Shown in pieces: positions 9,719-18,560 of a stretch of DNA of 64,000 bases. This stretch comes from an uncultured Chlamydiales bacterium (GTDB taxonomy: Bacteria > Chlamydiota > Chlamydiia > Chlamydiales > Rhabdochlamydiaceae): assembly GCA_963700985.1 (NCBI GenBank), contig OY969554.1, positions 352,001 to 416,000 on the forward strand. Direction: 5' to 3'. Made by a program: the position numbers and the translations under genes. Position 1 is the stretch's first letter. The number at the start of each line of letters is the position of its first letter. The notes below the pieces were generated by a model. That model saw only the letters and a program-made list of their open reading frames with translations, did no database searches and had not been told where the DNA came from.

Positions 9719-10555
9719 ATGAGCTGCTTTGGCGTCTCCTCCTCTTGTCTCCCAACCTGTCTTGGTGGATCAGCTGATCCCCGTTGGCAACACGTATATG
9801 TCAAAGAGGTCAATCCGGCTACAGGTCAGTTTAAAAGAGATTTAAAAGTTGAAGCTAGAAGGGGGGCAACACCGCTGCCGCTACCGACACAAGATGCAGC
9901 GCAGCCGCTGCTACCGACGCCAATTCTAGAGCTTCATTATCTTGAAGATACAACCACCGGTGAGTTTTACCTTTACGATAACCATAATGGCGGTGGAGAT
10001 ACCTTTGTTAAGTGTGTTCTGATTGGTCTTTTCTCGCCATTTTATGCTGGGGCAGTAATCGCCGTAGATATCTTCCGTACCCTGATCGCTATTGCAAAAG
10101 TAGTCGTCGAAGCATTTTCAAACTTAGCACAAGACTTTGCTTACAAGGGCTTCTGTGAAACGCTAGGAAATTTCGTTTATAATCTGGCAAATGGAACAGT
10201 TGAGTATATCTGGCCTCCTGTGCGCCAAATTCTCATGACTCCTCTTTTCTGGGTGGCGCTAGAAGTTGGGTGTCTGATAGGCCTTTTTTCTCCATTTGAT
10301 GGACGCGCATTTGTTGCACGTGTGCAAAGCGCTTGGTTTGATGGAGCCACTTTCCGTGACGATCCGCGTTATCGAGCTGAGCATCGCGCGCGCGATGCTA
10401 ATGGACGAGTAGTGTTAAATGGAGAAGATTGCGAAAATTCAGTCTGTTTCATCGCATGGTGTTTCTTGCCACGCGGAACTCGCAATGAGCAGATCGAGTT
10501 TAATGGTAATCAAATGAACAAGTATGAAGTGGTGCGCACAGCTCCTCTCTGCTAA
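9719..10555 (+). CDS. Hypothetical membrane-associated protein, candidate effector/Inc-like
   Basis: 278-aa ORF after an AT-rich promoter region; hydrophobic segments; Cys/Ser-rich N-terminus. Confidence 0.65.
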   Translation: MSCFGVSSSCLPTCLGGSADPRWQHVYVKEVNPATGQFKRDLKVEARRGATPLPLPTQDAAQPLLPTPILELHYLEDTTTGEFYLYDNHNGGGDTFVKCVLIGLFSPFYAGAVIAVDIFRTLIAIAKVVVEAFSNLAQDFAYKGFCETLGNFVYNLANGTVEYIWPPVRQILMTPLFWVALEVGCLIGLFSPFDGRAFVARVQSAWFDGATFRDDPRYRAEHRARDANGRVVLNGEDCENSVCFIAWCFLPRGTRNEQIEFNGNQMNKYEVVRTAPLC

Positions 10556-10624
10556 CAGCTCTATTAGACTTCTTTTGTAAAAGCAACTGGCGCAAATGTG
10601 TGTTTGCACGATAGAGTGCAAATT

Positions 10625-11233
10625 ATGTCGCACCGCTTATCTACTGAGTTTCAGCGCTTAGCTGATGTCTGTAAAGGAAAGGATCTGACTTTAAAAGAGT
10701 TGGTGGCACTTCTCGACGTACGTGCTGAAGCTTTCATCATTCTCATTCTAGCACTGCCTTTTGTCTGTTTTATCTTTTTGCCCGGCCTTTCTATTATTTT
10801 TGGCAGCTTTATCTTTTTGAATGGGATACGCATTGCTACGCGCCGCCCGCTCTGGTTTCCCCATTTTTTACTAAAGCGAAAGATGAGCGGATCGACATTG
10901 GCCAAGGGATTTGTTGTGGCAGAAAAGCTCGTTAAGCGGGTTGAAAAATTTATCAAGCCTCGTGGTCACTTTCTAATTCAACATCCGCAATTGCAAGTTT
11001 TTCACGGATGCATTTTAGCGATCTGTGGTTTTTTATGTGCAATTCCCTTGCCTCCCGGCACCAATTTTCTTCCCGGTTTAACGGCTGTGCTAATATCGAT
11101 TGGGATTTTGGAAGAGGATGGGCTCTTTATCGTTTTTGGCTATGTAACGTTTATCCTAACTCTAGCCTTTTTTACGATTTTACCTTTTTATGGTTTTAAA
11201 GAGCTCTTTGTGGTTTTTAAGAAACGTTCTTAA
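10625..11233 (+). CDS. ExoD-family exopolysaccharide biosynthesis membrane protein
   Basis: LILALPF...PGLSIIFG, PLWFP, LPPGTNFLP...GILEEDG motifs. Confidence 0.85.
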   Translation: MSHRLSTEFQRLADVCKGKDLTLKELVALLDVRAEAFIILILALPFVCFIFLPGLSIIFGSFIFLNGIRIATRRPLWFPHFLLKRKMSGSTLAKGFVVAEKLVKRVEKFIKPRGHFLIQHPQLQVFHGCILAICGFLCAIPLPPGTNFLPGLTAVLISIGILEEDGLFIVFGYVTFILTLAFFTILPFYGFKELFVVFKKRS

Positions 11234-11236
11234 GTG

Positions 11237-11743
11237 CTAAAGGATAACGCACGTGCGAGAATTGCATGTTGGAGAGCTTGCGTTGGATTTAAGCCTTGAA
11301 TCTACCCAAACACCACCAATTTTTTTGAGTCCATACTGTTTATAGTCATGTTCTTTGCTTACGGCGCGCCAAGATTTACTTTCATCTTTCTCACTTTGCA
11401 TCCAAATCTCAGGTCTTGTGTCATTCTTGTCATGTTCAGCTACAGGCATGTAGTGGCCGTTAGGAGAGAGGATTATTTCGCAACCTTTCCAAACTTCTCG
11501 GAGCTTTGCGGCTTCCTCTATAAGAATCCTTTTCGAATCACCTTCATTAATTAATGGCGGATTTCTTTCGAATGCATCCAAAGATGGTGAATTGGTTAGG
11601 GAGGATTGGGATCGGGACCAAGCTCTTGATCGAGATACTGAAGATGCTGATTCTTCTGTTACGGCGTATGAATCTGCATCAGGCTGATGATGGCGGCGTG
11701 GGCTGTTGAAAACCACATTAAAAGCACTCATGGGGGATGACAT
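11237..11743 (-). CDS. Hypothetical protein with C-terminal CaaX motif (CVIL), candidate effector
   Basis: AAGGAG RBS; Ser-rich N-terminus; ends TCNSRTCVIL. Confidence 0.7.
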   Translation of the reverse strand: MSSPMSAFNVVFNSPRRHHQPDADSYAVTEESASSVSRSRAWSRSQSSLTNSPSLDAFERNPPLINEGDSKRILIEEAAKLREVWKGCEIILSPNGHYMPVAEHDKNDTRPEIWMQSEKDESKSWRAVSKEHDYKQYGLKKIGGVWVDSRLKSNASSPTCNSRTCVIL

Positions 11744-11844
11744 ATATTCTCCTTAAATTTACTCGAAAAGCTCTCGGCAGCAAAAGTATTCTATGCGCCT
11801 CTTGCTTTTGCGTCCAGGAAAGGATAAGCCTAAGAAGAAATAGG

Positions 11845-12276
11845 CTATTCTGTTTCGAGCTGAGCCTCAACTGAGGTAATTTTGCGTACTTCCAGTTGAG
11901 ATTCAGAGATAAGCACTTGTTTGCCTTCAACTTCGATTAGATAGAGAATAGATTTCTGGCTGATCGGCCGGCGTTCGAGAATTTTAATCGTTTGACCGGA
12001 GCCTTTCCCAATTTTTCCTGTCCCAAGGCGACGTAACATCCAAATAGTCAAAATAATCAGCAGGAGCAGCCCTAATAAGGTTAGCAGCATTTTTCCTAGC
12101 GCATGCTCATAAGTGGGAGGAACGGGAGTTTCTTCTACTGTCGACGGTTGCCCTGGAATTGGAGCTTCTTGTTGGTCATCTGGCGTAAGAATAGGCGCTG
12201 GGGGGAGTTCGGCTGCAAAATTGATGAGAGGCAAACAGAGTGCCAAGAGCAAAACGAATAGGGCTTTTAGACGCAT
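11845..12276 (-). CDS. FliO/FliZ-family protein
   Basis: Signal peptide, one TM, then IKILERRPISQKSILYLIEVEGKQVLI (FliO-type beta domain). Confidence 0.75.
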   Translation of the reverse strand: MRLKALFVLLLALCLPLINFAAELPPAPILTPDDQQEAPIPGQPSTVEETPVPPTYEHALGKMLLTLLGLLLLIILTIWMLRRLGTGKIGKGSGQTIKILERRPISQKSILYLIEVEGKQVLISESQLEVRKITSVEAQLETE

Positions 12277-12512
12277 GGTAAAGGTCTCCTTTGGTAAAAC
12301 TCAATTTAGCATGGTAGACATTTAATGCGATAATCTACAATTGGGGCTATGAACCCATCCCCCTATTCAAAGAGTTCTTCTTTTCGCCATTTTTGGCATT
12401 TCCAGAATTGGCTTTTTCGGCTAGGTGCTTTAACATTATCCTCAAAAGCCAATCCCAGAACTGCACAAAAATCATCGAAAATCAAAACCCTCTTAATAGT
12501 GAGAATAGGTTC

Positions 12513-12896
12513 ATGCACCTTACCTCAATTAAACAGAAGATGACACTCGGTTTTCGCGAGCTATCAGTTTTAAGTTCTATCGGTGTTATGCCGCATGAAC
12601 TCGAGTCGCCGCAGAAGATCTTGCTTACTCTTGAAGTTGATGTTGAAATCGAAGGACGTCTGCAATCTGATCGATTGGAAGAGACAGTAGATTACGCTGC
12701 CTTAATGCAACGTTGTGTTGAGGTGGCACAAAAACGCCACTTTAGATTGATGGAGACGCTCGCGCAGGAGATTTTGCACACACTTGGCGAGGAGTTTCCA
12801 ATTATGCGCGCAGTTCTAACTATTGAAAAGCCCGCTGCTCTGCCTATGGCAAAAGCGAGTTTTGTTCGCATGGAGCATGAATGGCCTGGACATTAG
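12513..12896 (+). CDS. folB: Dihydroneopterin aldolase/epimerase (FolB/FolX fold)
   Basis: IGVMPHE...Q, TVDYA, LMETLA, IEKPAA motifs; start uncertain (12513 or 12540). Confidence 0.85.
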   Translation: MHLTSIKQKMTLGFRELSVLSSIGVMPHELESPQKILLTLEVDVEIEGRLQSDRLEETVDYAALMQRCVEVAQKRHFRLMETLAQEILHTLGEEFPIMRAVLTIEKPAALPMAKASFVRMEHEWPGH

Positions 12897-13594
12897 TCAC
12901 GGGTGGCGCAAAAGGGCTTGGCCGCGAAATAGCACTAGCACTTGCCTCTCAAGGACGCGACCTCATTATCCATTATCGAACAAGTGAGCAGACAGCTAAA
13001 GAACTCATCCAAGAGCTCCATCAAAAAGGCGTTAAGGCAGAGACTATACAAGGGGAGTTCAGTTCTTTAGAAACTACCCAAGAATTTACCTCCCGCTATC
13101 TGAAACAATTTCCCGATACTCAAAGCATAGTCTACAACGTAGGCAACTTTGCGCGTGGTTCAGCTTTAAATACGCCCCCACAAGAACTGCAAGCGCTTTT
13201 ACAAACTAACCTCCTAGCTGCGCTTAGCTTAATTCAAGCATTAACCCCATCAATTATTCGACATAAAGGCGAAATTTTGACCATCGGCATGGTTGCTTGT
13301 TCTAAATTTAGAGCAAGCACCTATGCCTTTGGCTATGACCTCACCAAAACAGCCCTTTGGCTGCTCACGCACTCCCTCGCCAAAGAGCTAGCTGCTCATA
13401 AAGTAAGGGTCAATATGGTATCCCCTGGGTACTTGGAAGAATCCGTAGATTTACCTAAGGATATCGATAGCCTTCCTATGGGGCGTCTGGCCTCCTTTTC
13501 TGAGGTGGCTCGCGCCGTCTCTTTCCTAATGGATCCTGCTTCAGCTTATATCACGGGCCAAAACCTCGAAATTGCCGGCGGCATCCGCCTTTAA
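12881..13594 (+). CDS. SDR-family oxidoreductase, probable pteridine reductase (FolM/PTR1-like)
   Basis: LVTGGAKGLG, IHYRTS, YxxxK (YDLTK), VNMVSPG; overlaps folB. Confidence 0.75.
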   Translation: MAWTLVTGGAKGLGREIALALASQGRDLIIHYRTSEQTAKELIQELHQKGVKAETIQGEFSSLETTQEFTSRYLKQFPDTQSIVYNVGNFARGSALNTPPQELQALLQTNLLAALSLIQALTPSIIRHKGEILTIGMVACSKFRASTYAFGYDLTKTALWLLTHSLAKELAAHKVRVNMVSPGYLEESVDLPKDIDSLPMGRLASFSEVARAVSFLMDPASAYITGQNLEIAGGIRL

Positions 13595-13692
13595 ACATCT
13601 AATATTAAGCTGTTTATATATTAATATAATTAAGTATTAATAAATTTAATATTATGATATAATTAATTTATAAAACAATAAAGGTGTTTATT

Positions 13693-14661
13693 ATGAGTAA
13701 TTTAATTGATTCTTCTAAGTTATTGGCGAATAAAGCCTCTATGTCATCATATGGCACATTTGAGCCATTTGAAGCACGACTTGAATCGTTCAGCGAATCA
13801 TATGACGCCAGACTTAAATCCTATGAATCGACTGAATCAACCGGATTTTTTGCCAAAGCTGCAAGAGCAGTAAAGAGAGCTTTATCATTTATTGGCTCTT
13901 TACTCCAGTGGCCTTTTTCTCGCACAAGAAAACCCTCCGAACCAGTTCCTACACTCGAACCAAAATTGGCTATCGCTAGCGTGCAAGCGCAACTTCAATC
14001 AAAATTCACAATAGAAGAGCGAGAACAAATTATCAGATCGATAGATGGGTTCAATGAGTTTCCCTCAGACGTAGCTGAAGTGTGCCTAAGCGCTCGATTT
14101 GCAAACTACATATGGAGAGACACGGAATATCTCCGAGAAGATTTAGAAGAATATATTTTGACGAATGTACAAGAGCTAGTAAATGAAAAGAATAAATATG
14201 AAGCGCGAGTAGCAGCTCCTATCAGATACTTGTCTCATGGAAATGATGATGCTCTGCAAGAGAGCATGTTTGAAGATGCACAGGCTGGGATAGGTCTTAG
14301 CTTACAAGATCCCCTGAGGGTCATGTATTCTGAAGAAGAGCTTTTAGCCGCGCGTAGAGATTTGCTTGAGACTCACAAAAAAGAGATATGTGCTGATATC
14401 GATCAGAGTTTAATTGTAAAATACGATCCAAACGGTAAGCTTTACGCAAGGTTAGCTTTGAGTACGTATGCCCAAACTGGTAAAGAAACACGAGGCCTGA
14501 TTTGGAAAGTCGGTAGTAAAACAATCAGCAACTTAAAGTATATCTACAACGATCTGCTTCGCGACGAACAAAAAAGGCTTTCCAAAACTTCCGTTGATAT
14601 GAAAAGAGCCCTTCGAGATCAGTCACTATTTTATTCGCTCATAAAGAAAGAGCAGGAATAG
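13693..14661 (+). CDS. Hypothetical protein, candidate secreted effector
   Basis: Ser-rich N-terminus, AT-rich upstream region, no recognised domain. Confidence 0.7.
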   Translation: MSNLIDSSKLLANKASMSSYGTFEPFEARLESFSESYDARLKSYESTESTGFFAKAARAVKRALSFIGSLLQWPFSRTRKPSEPVPTLEPKLAIASVQAQLQSKFTIEEREQIIRSIDGFNEFPSDVAEVCLSARFANYIWRDTEYLREDLEEYILTNVQELVNEKNKYEARVAAPIRYLSHGNDDALQESMFEDAQAGIGLSLQDPLRVMYSEEELLAARRDLLETHKKEICADIDQSLIVKYDPNGKLYARLALSTYAQTGKETRGLIWKVGSKTISNLKYIYNDLLRDEQKRLSKTSVDMKRALRDQSLFYSLIKKEQE

Positions 14662-14688
14662 TTAATTGATAATTTACCGAAAGAATCT

Positions 14689-14719
14689 AAAAGCTGCGAT
14701 TTGATCGCAGCTTTTTTTT
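14689..14719. terminator. Rho-independent terminator, probably bidirectional
   Basis: AAAAGCTGCGAT-TTG-ATCGCAGCTTTTTTTT between convergent genes. Confidence 0.85.
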
Positions 14720-14729
14720 GTCCAGATTT

Positions 14730-15626
14730 TTAGACGAGCGTCGGGCTATCTGTCGACATGCCCATCACGTGCATTCCATTATCAACATAAAGCGTCACGC
14801 CAGTAATGGCAGAGGCAAGAGGGGAGAGGAGAAAGGCAGCGCTATTGCCGACTTCTTCTGCATACATCTCTTTAGTCAGCGGGGCATTTACTGTTGCGTA
14901 ATTGATCATCTTTTCAATAAAACCGATGGCTTTAGCTGCACGGCTGCCCAAGGCGCCGGCAGAAATCGTATTTACACGCAGTTGCCACTTGCGGCCTGCT
15001 TCCCAAGCCAGTGTACGCGTATCGCTTTCTAAAGCAGCCTTAGCTGAGCTCATACCGCCGCCATAGCCTGGAATCACCCTTTCTGAGGCGATATAGGTAA
15101 GGGAGAGGGCAGAACCGCCTTCATTGAAATGGGGTCCTAGATGGGCCAAAAGACTGATAAATGAGTAGGCAGAAGAGCTCATCGCAGCTAGGTAGCCTGG
15201 GCGTGAGGTCTCTAAAAGGGGCTTTTTAACTTCTGGAGCATTGGCAAGCGAGTGCACAAAGATATCGATTTTTCCAAAGTCTTTGGCGATGGCAGCGGCC
15301 ACTTCAGAGATGGTATAGCCCGCAGCATCTTGATAGCGCTTGTTTTCACGAATCTCTTGAGGCACATCTTCGGGTTTGTCAAAAGCTGCGTCTAGCGCAT
15401 AGAGCTTAGTATACTCCATCAGCTTGCCATTAGATAGCTTGCGTGATTCGTCGAATTTACCTTGAGCCCAAGCGGTGGTGAAAATTCTTAGAAGAGGGGT
15501 CCATGTGCCGATGATGATCTCGGCGCCAGCTTCAGCGAGAGCTTTTGCGATAGCCCAGCCGTAGCCCTGATCATCGCCAATACCTGCAATAAATGCGCGT
15601 TTACCCTTGAGATCGATCTTTGTCAT
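14730..15626 (-). CDS. fabI: Enoyl-ACP reductase (plant/chlamydial-type FabI)
   Basis: [39 protein letters not shown]. Confidence 0.95.
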   Translation of the reverse strand: MTKIDLKGKRAFIAGIGDDQGYGWAIAKALAEAGAEIIIGTWTPLLRIFTTAWAQGKFDESRKLSNGKLMEYTKLYALDAAFDKPEDVPQEIRENKRYQDAAGYTISEVAAAIAKDFGKIDIFVHSLANAPEVKKPLLETSRPGYLAAMSSSAYSFISLLAHLGPHFNEGGSALSLTYIASERVIPGYGGGMSSAKAALESDTRTLAWEAGRKWQLRVNTISAGALGSRAAKAIGFIEKMINYATVNAPLTKEMYAEEVGNSAAFLLSPLASAITGVTLYVDNGMHVMGMSTDSPTLV

Positions 15627-15688
15627 ATCTAGCCCTTTAATTTAAAAATTAAAGAACGAGATAGTAGCAAAAAGAGGGGAATTAGAAA

Positions 15689-15814
15689 AGCAGAAGAATG
15701 CTGCCATAGCCTCAGCTCGTATCTGAATAAGCCGTACAAATAACTGTTACGTCCATTTGCCAGGTTCTTATTAAGTTACTGTTTTTGCTTGAGGTATAGC
15801 AGCAATCTTCTGCT
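15689..15814. other. Long imperfect hairpin; candidate structured ncRNA or MITE
   Basis: Arms AGCAGAAGAATGCTGCCATAGCCTCA / TGAGGTATAGCAGCAATCTTCTGCT plus internal AATAAG/CTTATT and CAAAT/ATTTG pairings. Confidence 0.5.
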
Positions 15815-15882
15815 CTACTTTCCCTTTGGAAGCTTTTAGCGATCTTTTCTAAAAGCTTCTCAAATCTCTAAAAGATCATGTT

Positions 15883-16044
15883 TTAAGACAGCTTCTTAAG
15901 CATCATCCGCTTCCAGCCTTCAGCAGTCAGAATTTTGTGCGAAGAGGCCTTTTTGCTTTCGGGTTCTGCGCTCTTTTGGGCAGGACTCGGACGGCTGGCG
16001 GGCTTCTTTGGCGCTTTTTCTGGTTTCTTGAAGCGGCGGAACAT
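15883..16044 (-). CDS. Small basic protein (53 aa), below the ORF-track cutoff
   Basis: MFRRFKKPEKAPKKPASRPSPAQKSAEPESKKASSHKILTAEGWKRMMLKKLS; AGAGAG upstream, preceded by an AT-rich region. Confidence 0.65.
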   Translation of the reverse strand: MFRRFKKPEKAPKKPASRPSPAQKSAEPESKKASSHKILTAEGWKRMMLKKLS

Positions 16045-16136
16045 ATGTTTTAAATACTCTCTTAAACTTAATAATAGTAGTAATTAGCTGTTCTGTCAAG
16101 TAATTATTTAGTTTATTGTGAATTGTAATTCTAAGA

Positions 16137-16288
16137 AAGATTAGCCGCAGAGGCACAGAGAACACAGAGTAAAAAAAAGGACATTTCCTCGCCTCGTAAA
16201 CGTCGGCGAAGCCGAGAGGGTATTGTTTTTTTGCTTCGCCCGCGAAAAAACAATCTTCTCTTAACTCTGTGCCTCTTTGGTTAATCTT
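16137..16288. repeat. MITE/REP-like element with 24-bp imperfect terminal inverted repeats (CACAGAG family)
   Basis: AAGATTAGCCGCAGAGGCACAGAG / CTCTGTGCCTCTTTGGTTAATCTT; two internal hairpins. Confidence 0.6.
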
Positions 16289-16405
16289 AATATCTTAATC
16301 TTTTTCTTCTCTATTAAGAACTGCGTCTTCATAAGCTAATGAAAACCTTCATGGTAAATAGCTTATGAGGTATATACCTCTACCAGTAAATGAGAGGAAA
16401 AGCCG

Positions 16406-16819
16406 ATGACACAAGTTGAGATCGAATATGAGGGAGCGCTCAGAACGCGCTGCCTGCACGTGGAGAGCAGTGAGGTGATTTTTACCGATGCACCCAAGGA
16501 TAATCAGGGGAAAGGAGAGTTTTTCTCACCTACGGATCTCGTAGGAGTCGCGTTGGGCTCGTGTGTGCTTACGATTATGGGCATCTATGCTGCAAAACAG
16601 GGGATAGAACTTAAAGGCACAAAAGTGCGTGTCACAAAAGAGATGCAGAGTTTACCCTCTAGAAGGATTGGCAAGATCAAGCTAGACTTTACATCGCCGC
16701 ATAAGTTTGATGAAGCGATTGAGAAGCGCCTTGAGAAGATTGCGCATGAGTGCCCTGTGCACCATAGTTTACATCCAGATCTGATCCAAGAGTTTAACTT
16801 CCAGTGGGGAGTCGTTTGA
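16406..16819 (+). CDS. OsmC-family protein
   Basis: TDAPKDNQGKG..FSPTDL...LGSC and CPVHHSL two-Cys pattern. Confidence 0.92.
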   Translation: MTQVEIEYEGALRTRCLHVESSEVIFTDAPKDNQGKGEFFSPTDLVGVALGSCVLTIMGIYAAKQGIELKGTKVRVTKEMQSLPSRRIGKIKLDFTSPHKFDEAIEKRLEKIAHECPVHHSLHPDLIQEFNFQWGVV

Positions 16820-17874
16820 AGTACCAAAATCTGCCTGCATTTGAAAATCATCTCAAAGAGGCTTATCCCAATCATCTTTCGCATGCGTACATGGTGATCT
16901 GTCCTGACTTGGCAGAAAGGCGGCAGATCGTGGAAAAAATCGCTCAACTTACCATACAAGTTATTGGGCAGAATAAGGGAGAGCGGCACACCTTTCGTTT
17001 GGGTGAGGAGAAGCACACCTTTGATGAGTTTTTCGAGCTGCTGCATAGTCAGTCGCTTTTTGGAAGCCACCGAGTGATGCATCTCGAAGGTGTGGAGCTG
17101 CTGAAAAAAGCTGAAGCAGAAAGGCTCGCTACCTATCTCGCTAAGCCCTCTTCTTTTGTCTATCTCATTTTAAGCGCCTCGCAGTTCACAGCTACGACAA
17201 ATTTTTATGCTCAGGCCAAGAAAGAGCTCATTCTTCTCGACATGAGCGCGGAAAAACCTTGGGACAAAAAAAAGCGTGTTAAAGAGTGGCTCTGCCAAGA
17301 GGCAGTTCGCGAAAAAAAAACACTGACCGATGAAGCCGCACTTTTCTTAGTTGAGAATGTGGGCACAGAGAGAGCGATGCTCGATCAGGAGCTTTTTAAG
17401 CTTATTACATACGTTGGCGATCGCAAAGCAATTGTGTTATCGGATGCGCTGGCTATGATCTCGAATCAGCAATCGGCAAACATGTGGAAACTTGCAGAGC
17501 AGCTCATCTGGGAAGAAGAACCGCTTCCTCGCCAACCGCTTGAAGATCTTTCAGCTCTTTTAGGCTTAATTGCCCAGCTACGCAGCCAGCTCGATATCGG
17601 CTTAAGATTAAGTTCACTTTTGGCCAAAGATTTTCCAATGCAGGAATTAGCTTCGCATTTTCCCACTCTTCGGCCGCCAGTGTTGCAGCGCAATTGCACG
17701 ATTGCTCGAAAACGCGGACTTAATTTTTTTGCTAAAGCGCTTATCTTGCTATTCGACGTAGAACTCGATGCCAAAAATCAACCCGTGTCTCCAGACCTTC
17801 TCTGGGATCTTCTTATCTCTAAAATTACATTTATGAAACTCCATGCTACTGCTCTTTCCAAATCTCCTCGCTGA
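16816..17874 (+). CDS. holA: DNA polymerase III subunit delta
   Basis: SLFG..RV and QELFKLITYVGDRKAI motifs; same position as C. trachomatis CT047; TTG start overlaps the osmC stop. Confidence 0.8.
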   Translation: MKYQNLPAFENHLKEAYPNHLSHAYMVICPDLAERRQIVEKIAQLTIQVIGQNKGERHTFRLGEEKHTFDEFFELLHSQSLFGSHRVMHLEGVELLKKAEAERLATYLAKPSSFVYLILSASQFTATTNFYAQAKKELILLDMSAEKPWDKKKRVKEWLCQEAVREKKTLTDEAALFLVENVGTERAMLDQELFKLITYVGDRKAIVLSDALAMISNQQSANMWKLAEQLIWEEEPLPRQPLEDLSALLGLIAQLRSQLDIGLRLSSLLAKDFPMQELASHFPTLRPPVLQRNCTIARKRGLNFFAKALILLFDVELDAKNQPVSPDLLWDLLISKITFMKLHATALSKSPR

Positions 17875-18544
17875 AGGAACTTTGCCCGCCGACTTTTTGC
17901 CTAAAAGTGTGGATGAGGCTGTGCGCTCAATCGATGGCCTCATCGCCGAAAGTGAAAAAGGTGGGCGCGCATATTTGCGCCTCTTTGGCGTTGCCCCACA
18001 AAACATGCCCATTCGCGTTTTAAGTGAGCACACCCGCCCAGAGGAGATCGCAGAGCTAATCGAACCACTTAAAAAAGGTCAGCGTTGGGGAATTGTCTCA
18101 GATGGCGGTCTCCCGTGTCTTGCCGATCCAGGCGCTCAACTCGTACGCCGTGCGCGCGAACTCAATATCCCTGTGCAAGCTTTTGTCGGTCCCTCATCGA
18201 TTACCATGGCGCTTATGCTCTCAGGTCTTTCTGGCCAATGCTTTGCTTTCCATGGATATCTCGAACGCGAAGAGGAAAAACTCAGCCGCCAGATTCGTGC
18301 GCTTGAAAAGCGTTCACTTCAAGAAAAAGAAACAGAGCTGTGCATCGAAGCGCCCTACCGCAGCCCTAAATTGCTCGGCCAGCTTTTGGCTAACCTCAAT
18401 GATAAGACATTGCTTTGCGTCGCATGGGATCTCACCGGACCCAGCGAAGGCGTGATCACGCAATCGGTAGCAGCCTGGAAGAAAAAGCCCCTTCCCGATC
18501 TGACCAAAAAACCCGCTATCTTTCTCTTCTACGCACCGAGCTAG
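17843..18544 (+). CDS. RsmI-like SAM-dependent (tetrapyrrole methylase family) methyltransferase
   Basis: VSDGGLPCLADPG, VGPSSI, FAFHGYL, IEAPYR. Confidence 0.85.
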   Translation: MLLLFPNLLAEGTLPADFLPKSVDEAVRSIDGLIAESEKGGRAYLRLFGVAPQNMPIRVLSEHTRPEEIAELIEPLKKGQRWGIVSDGGLPCLADPGAQLVRRARELNIPVQAFVGPSSITMALMLSGLSGQCFAFHGYLEREEEKLSRQIRALEKRSLQEKETELCIEAPYRSPKLLGQLLANLNDKTLLCVAWDLTGPSEGVITQSVAAWKKKPLPDLTKKPAIFLFYAPS

Positions 18545-18560
18545 ATTTTTTGAGTGCTTA

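Noticed and set aside
10541-10555. C-terminal Cys (APLC) of the 9719 ORF as a prenylation signal
   Set aside because: Cys is the last residue, not fourth from the end, so it is not a CaaX box
15920-16165. 81-aa ORF-track call
   Set aside because: Starts inside a repeat element and crosses AT-rich promoter DNA; the 53-aa ORF in another frame (15883-16044) is more protein-like
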